NCBI GenBank assembly: GCA_964016885.1
Contig: OZ024741.1
Span: 80,786,001 to 80,850,000, forward strand
Direction: 5' to 3'
Length of the DNA stretch: 64,000 nt
Source of the DNA: Eledone cirrhosa
Lineage: Eukaryota
Shown piece after piece: positions 59,916 to 64,000 of this stretch. The stretch's first letter is position 1, and every line of letters begins with the position of its first letter. The position numbers were made by a program, and so were the translations under genes. Under the pieces are notes generated by a model that saw only the letters and a list, made by a program, of their open reading frames with translations, made no database searches and was not told the DNA's origin.

Positions 59916-59970
59916 GTGAGTGTATGTATATATATGTGTGTGTGTGTGTGTATATATATTTATGTGTATG

Positions 59971-60025
<55 letters not shown>

Positions 60026-60437
60026 ATATGTGTGTATGTATATCTCTTTATTTATGTATGTCTGAGTTGTGTGAGCGTATGGTTGTATGTGTATATACAT
60101 ACATGGATATGTGTATGTATGTGTATATATACGTATATGTATGTGTGTGTGTGTGTTGTGTGTGTATATATATATATATATATGTGTGTGTATGTATATA
60201 TATATGTATATATGTGTGTATATATGTGTGTATATATATGTGTCTGTATGTATATGTGTGTATATATATATATGTGTGTGTATGTGTGTGTACATATATG
60301 TGTATATATGTATGTGTGTTATGAATATATGTGTATATATATATGTGTGTTCGTATGTGTGTCTATGTATTTATATATGTATATGTATGTGTCTCTATGT
60401 ATGTATGTGTGTATATATGTGTGTATATATGTATGTG

Positions 60438-60490
<53 letters not shown>

Positions 60491-60771
60491 ATATGTGTAT
60501 GTGTATGTGTATATATATATATATACGTATATCGGTGTGTATTTTATGTATGAGTATATATTTTACTTGTTTATATATTTTCTTAATATATTTCTTTTTA
60601 TTTCTTTTTATTTCTAAATTTATAGATACATTTTATAAATAAGCAGTTTCTCTTGACACCCTTACTGATTACTGACCCCCTTACCCACTTCTGCATTTGG
60701 ATATAAAAATATATGTGGCAGTGTTTATATGTGCGCCTAAATATCCATATAGTTATAATAATAATATATAC

Positions 60772-60804
<33 letters not shown>

Positions 60805-61174
60805 AGTGTGTGTGTGTATGTTCGTGGGTATGTGTATATTTATGTGTATATGCGCGTGTGTGTGTGAGTGTATATATATGTGTGTATATATGAATCTATA
60901 TATGTTTATATGCGTATGTGTATTTTATCTGTAGATTATAAACATACAGAGACATTAGCCCTGAATTTTTGTATTTACATACATTTTTTCGACATGCGTA
61001 TGCATGTGAACATATATCTTTATGCATATCTGTGAACGAAGTTACTTACACATATACACACACCTAACTGTATTTTCTTGATATATTTTTGTGTATTTCA
61101 TTGGTCAATTTGAACTCTGTTCCCAAACAGACCTGTAATTTTGAATTGTTGTTATTATCAATAAATATATTTCA

Positions 61175-61319
61175 TTATTTCTGAAGACGGCATATGTATG
61201 TGTTGGTATGTATATTATATTTGATAATTTGTATAATTTTGTATAATTTTGTACATAGATCTGTTGAATATGCATACAAATTCTAACACATATATGTCCT
61301 AGAAACGATCGTTAAATAA
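61175..61319 (+). ncRNA. Type I hammerhead ribozyme with long stem II
   Basis: ttattt-CTGAAGA-cggcatatgtatgtgtt...aacacatatatgtcc-ta-GAAAC-gatc-GTT-aaataa. Confidence 0.78.
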
Positions 61320-61517
61320 TGAACTTTTTTTGTTTAATATAAGGAACTGTTTCATTGTTTTATTCATTATTTTTTTAATATTTTATCTTGACTCTGTATT
61401 CCGTTTATCTTTCACCGAAAGTGATTTTTGAATGCATCTCTTCTTTCCATGATATCCGGATTACATTGAGTTCTTCATACGGATTGGACACTACCGTAAA
61501 CTCTTGGTAGATTTATC

Positions 61518-61560
<43 letters not shown>

Positions 61561-61695
61561 TATTGGTGTGTAACGTTAAGTTACTATTGGTTTTCCAGTT
61601 TCTGCACTCGGTACTTAAATTAAGTGGTTCCGGTTGCCGGTGTGGTGTTGTACTTATGGTATTATAACGTAGTCGGTTACCTTTAGAAGCAGATT

Positions 61696-61697
<2 letters not shown>

Positions 61698-61757
<60 letters not shown>
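61698..61757. repeat. (TAA)n microsatellite, probable R4/Dong target site
   Basis: About 20 TAA units immediately upstream of the element. Confidence 0.9.
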
Positions 61758-64000
61758 GGGAAGAAGACGCACGAGGTGACGGAGGTCATGAAATCGCTCC
61801 CGTAAGTTTTGAATTTTTAACATATTTAAATCATTTGTGAAATAACAACTCTTAGTACAAATGCTACGTAAAGCACCCGGCTTGAGCCCCAAAAAAATTC
61901 GGACCCAAAATATATTGTTATAAGGCTCAAATATTCAAATATTCAACTTTGTATTGTACACTGTATATCCAAAAAAAAATGGCTATAAATGGAAGAAGAA
62001 GAACCCCCCCCCTCTCCTCTGGCTACACTATATAGGACAGCTAAACTCACCAACACCAGAAACTAGATACACCACCCACCCCATCATCTGTGTACACTAA
62101 ACACAACAGCATTTTTACCTTCACCGCCACCGCTCACTACGGCCATCATTACCACCACTATCCCATCACCGCCGCCACCACCCCTTGACTCCTTCACTGC
62201 TGCTGCCACCGCTACAGCACCATCACTACAGTAATACGGCTCAAATATTCAAATATTCAACTTTGTATTGTACACTGTATATCCCAAAAAAAATAAAATG
62301 GCTATAAATGGAAGAAGAAGAACCCCCCCCCCCCCCCCTCCTCTCCTCTGGCTACACTATATAGGACAGCGAAACTCACCAACACCAGAAACTAGATACA
62401 CCACCCACCCCATCATCTGTGTACACTAAACACAACAGCATTTTCACCTTCACCGCCACCGCTCACTACGGCCATCATTACCACCACTATCCCATCACCG
62501 CCGCCACCACCCCCTGACTCCTTCACTGCTGCTGCCACCGCTACAGCACCATCACTACAGTAATACGGTCGCATCACCGCCACCACTGCCTCGGTATCGA
62601 CATCACCACCACCACTGTCTCAGTATCGCCAACGCCGCCAGTCTCTGCTGGCTACCACTTCCACATTATAGAATTCCTACTACTAACAAAGAGGAAGGCA
62701 TCAAAATATATAGATAGACTCAAAAGAAAAAAGAAAAAACAAACAACAAAAGCAGCACAGCAACAACAGTAAAAAACGAGAAAAACAGAGAAAAACAAAA
62801 ACAAAAAAAGAAACCCCAAAAACGTAAAGAAAATAAGAATGAAGAGAGAAGCAGGCGGACGGACAGAGAAGAGGGGGGAAAAAGTAAAACTTAAAAAACA
62901 AAAACTAAGTCAGACATTCGAATACTACATTACAATGAAACTTATGCTTATTCATTTTTGGGGCCCTTTCTGCCCGTGTGTTTGTTTGTTTATGTGTGTC
63001 CGTATACAGCGTGGTGATAATGCCACACAAGGGCCAAGTGGGATGGCGGATCCACAGATGGCTATGTAAACATACATTCGCCAATCCTCGATAAGAGTGT
63101 TTAAATATCGAACATAAACAGTTCGAATAACGGTGAAATGGAGACTAGAACGTCATGTGACAGACTCTCACCCAACAGGTGCCCCCTGGCTCAGCAGCAG
63201 GAACCTGACTGTCAACCAAATACTGCTGATGTTGGAGGAAGAAGAAGAAGGAAAGGGGCCAGAACCAACTGGACGAAAGAATTGAATAGAACTGTTATGC
63301 AATGCTACCTGAAAAGTAACCCCAAGGAGAGGGGCTACAGGAGACGGATGCATAACATCTGGAACGAGATTGGTTTATTTAAATTAGATGAACAAAAATT
63401 GGCCGGGCAGGCTCGGGTAATAAGAACTAATGGGTGGATAAGCGAGCTGGAACTGGAGGAACTGAGCAGAGAGAATGGCTTGGAGATGGCGGGTGTAGTA
63501 TGCCAGACAAGCGAGCCGGCGGGAAATGAAGGTGAGGAGGTCCTGAGAACGGAGGAACCACCCGAAGCAGACAATGATCTGAATACTGAGATAAATAATA
63601 CCTGGAACAGAGATACGGCCACTGAGGAGATGAATGCTGACGGGCTAGGACAAGATTCGGTTGACATCCTAAATTTAGTGGTAGATGAGTTGAACAATGA
63701 TAGTGGGAGACCTATGAACCTAAGATTTGTAGACAGGAAAAAGTTAAAAGAAACAACAGCTAAGGTAAACAAAGTCATCCCATACCTTGAGGCGAGGAGT
63801 CTTCACCAGTGCAACAATATCCTCAAAGCAACAGCAAATACGGTGAGGAAACTACTTGGTATAAAAGCGAGAGGAAACAACAGACAAGAAAGAGCAGAGC
63901 CGTGGTGGAAGAAGCGACTGAGTGGGCAAATCGGGGAAATGAGAAATGACATAGGAAAGCTTGAGTCACTACTGAATGGGACACTAAAAAACATAGGCAC
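61758..64000 (+). mobile_element. R4/Dong-clade non-LTR retrotransposon, 5' part
   Basis: Starts after (TAA)n; long 5' region with a ~314-bp tandem duplication (61924/62238); ORF from 63138. Confidence 0.7.
63138..64000 (+). CDS. R4/Dong-like polyprotein N-terminus (open to the window end)
   Basis: Manual translation with no stop seen: METRTS..NWTKELNRTVMQCYLKSNPKERGYRRRMHNIW..EQKLAGQARVIRTNGWISELELEEL..EPWWKKRL. Confidence 0.82.
   Translation, partial: METRTSCDRLSPNRCPLAQQQEPDCQPNTADVGGRRRRKGARTNWTKELNRTVMQCYLKSNPKERGYRRRMHNIWNEIGLFKLDEQKLAGQARVIRTNGWISELELEELSRENGLEMAGVVCQTSEPAGNEGEEVLRTEEPPEADNDLNTEINNTWNRDTATEEMNADGLGQDSVDILNLVVDELNNDSGRPMNLRFVDRKKLKETTAKVNKVIPYLEARSLHQCNNILKATANTVRKLLGIKARGNNRQERAEPWWKKRLSGQIGEMRNDIGKLESLLNGTLKNIG

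Noticed and set aside
59043-60642. Long YI/CV/HT-rich ORFs (also 15481-16481, 20872-21342, 44540-46773)
   Set aside because: Open frames arise from stop-free (TA)n/(CA)n microsatellites
61758-61803. Hammerhead-like fold at the Dong 5' end
   Set aside because: Stem II and GAAA are present but the CTGAnGA core is absent
63335-64000. Minus-strand ORFs 63335-63778 and 63803-64000
   Set aside because: Antisense shadows of the plus-strand R4/Dong ORF

Overview
Repeat-saturated eukaryotic (animal) genomic DNA with no recognisable host gene. The (TA)n/(CA)n density and the tRNA-derived SINEs with a 'ttgcctttcatcctt..ggggtcgataaaataaagtaccag' core suggest a cephalopod (octopus-like) genome; this is an inference. 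Contents: an internally deleted Gypsy-type LTR element (202-2964); decayed DNA transposons (hAT-type, mariner, Chapaev3, maT/Tc1-like, pogo); non-LTR remnants (RTE-like, CRE, and the 5' end of an apparently intact R4/Dong element next to a (TAA)n tract); a pseudogenised Helentron/Helitron2-like Rep-helicase ending in a ubiquitin-protease-like Cys box; a non-autonomous Helitron; and many SINEs and satellites. The most striking pattern is a dense population of fold-back (inverted-repeat) elements from many unrelated sequence families. They sit in (TA)n tracts and most carry a type I hammerhead ribozyme core (CTGAnGA...GAAA...NTH with pairing stems I-III). Two enclose Penelope-type GIY-YIG endonuclease fragments, which points to Penelope-like element pseudo-LTRs or retrozymes. 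Coordinates were read by eye and may be off by a few bases. Most ORFs in the supplied track are microsatellite artefacts.
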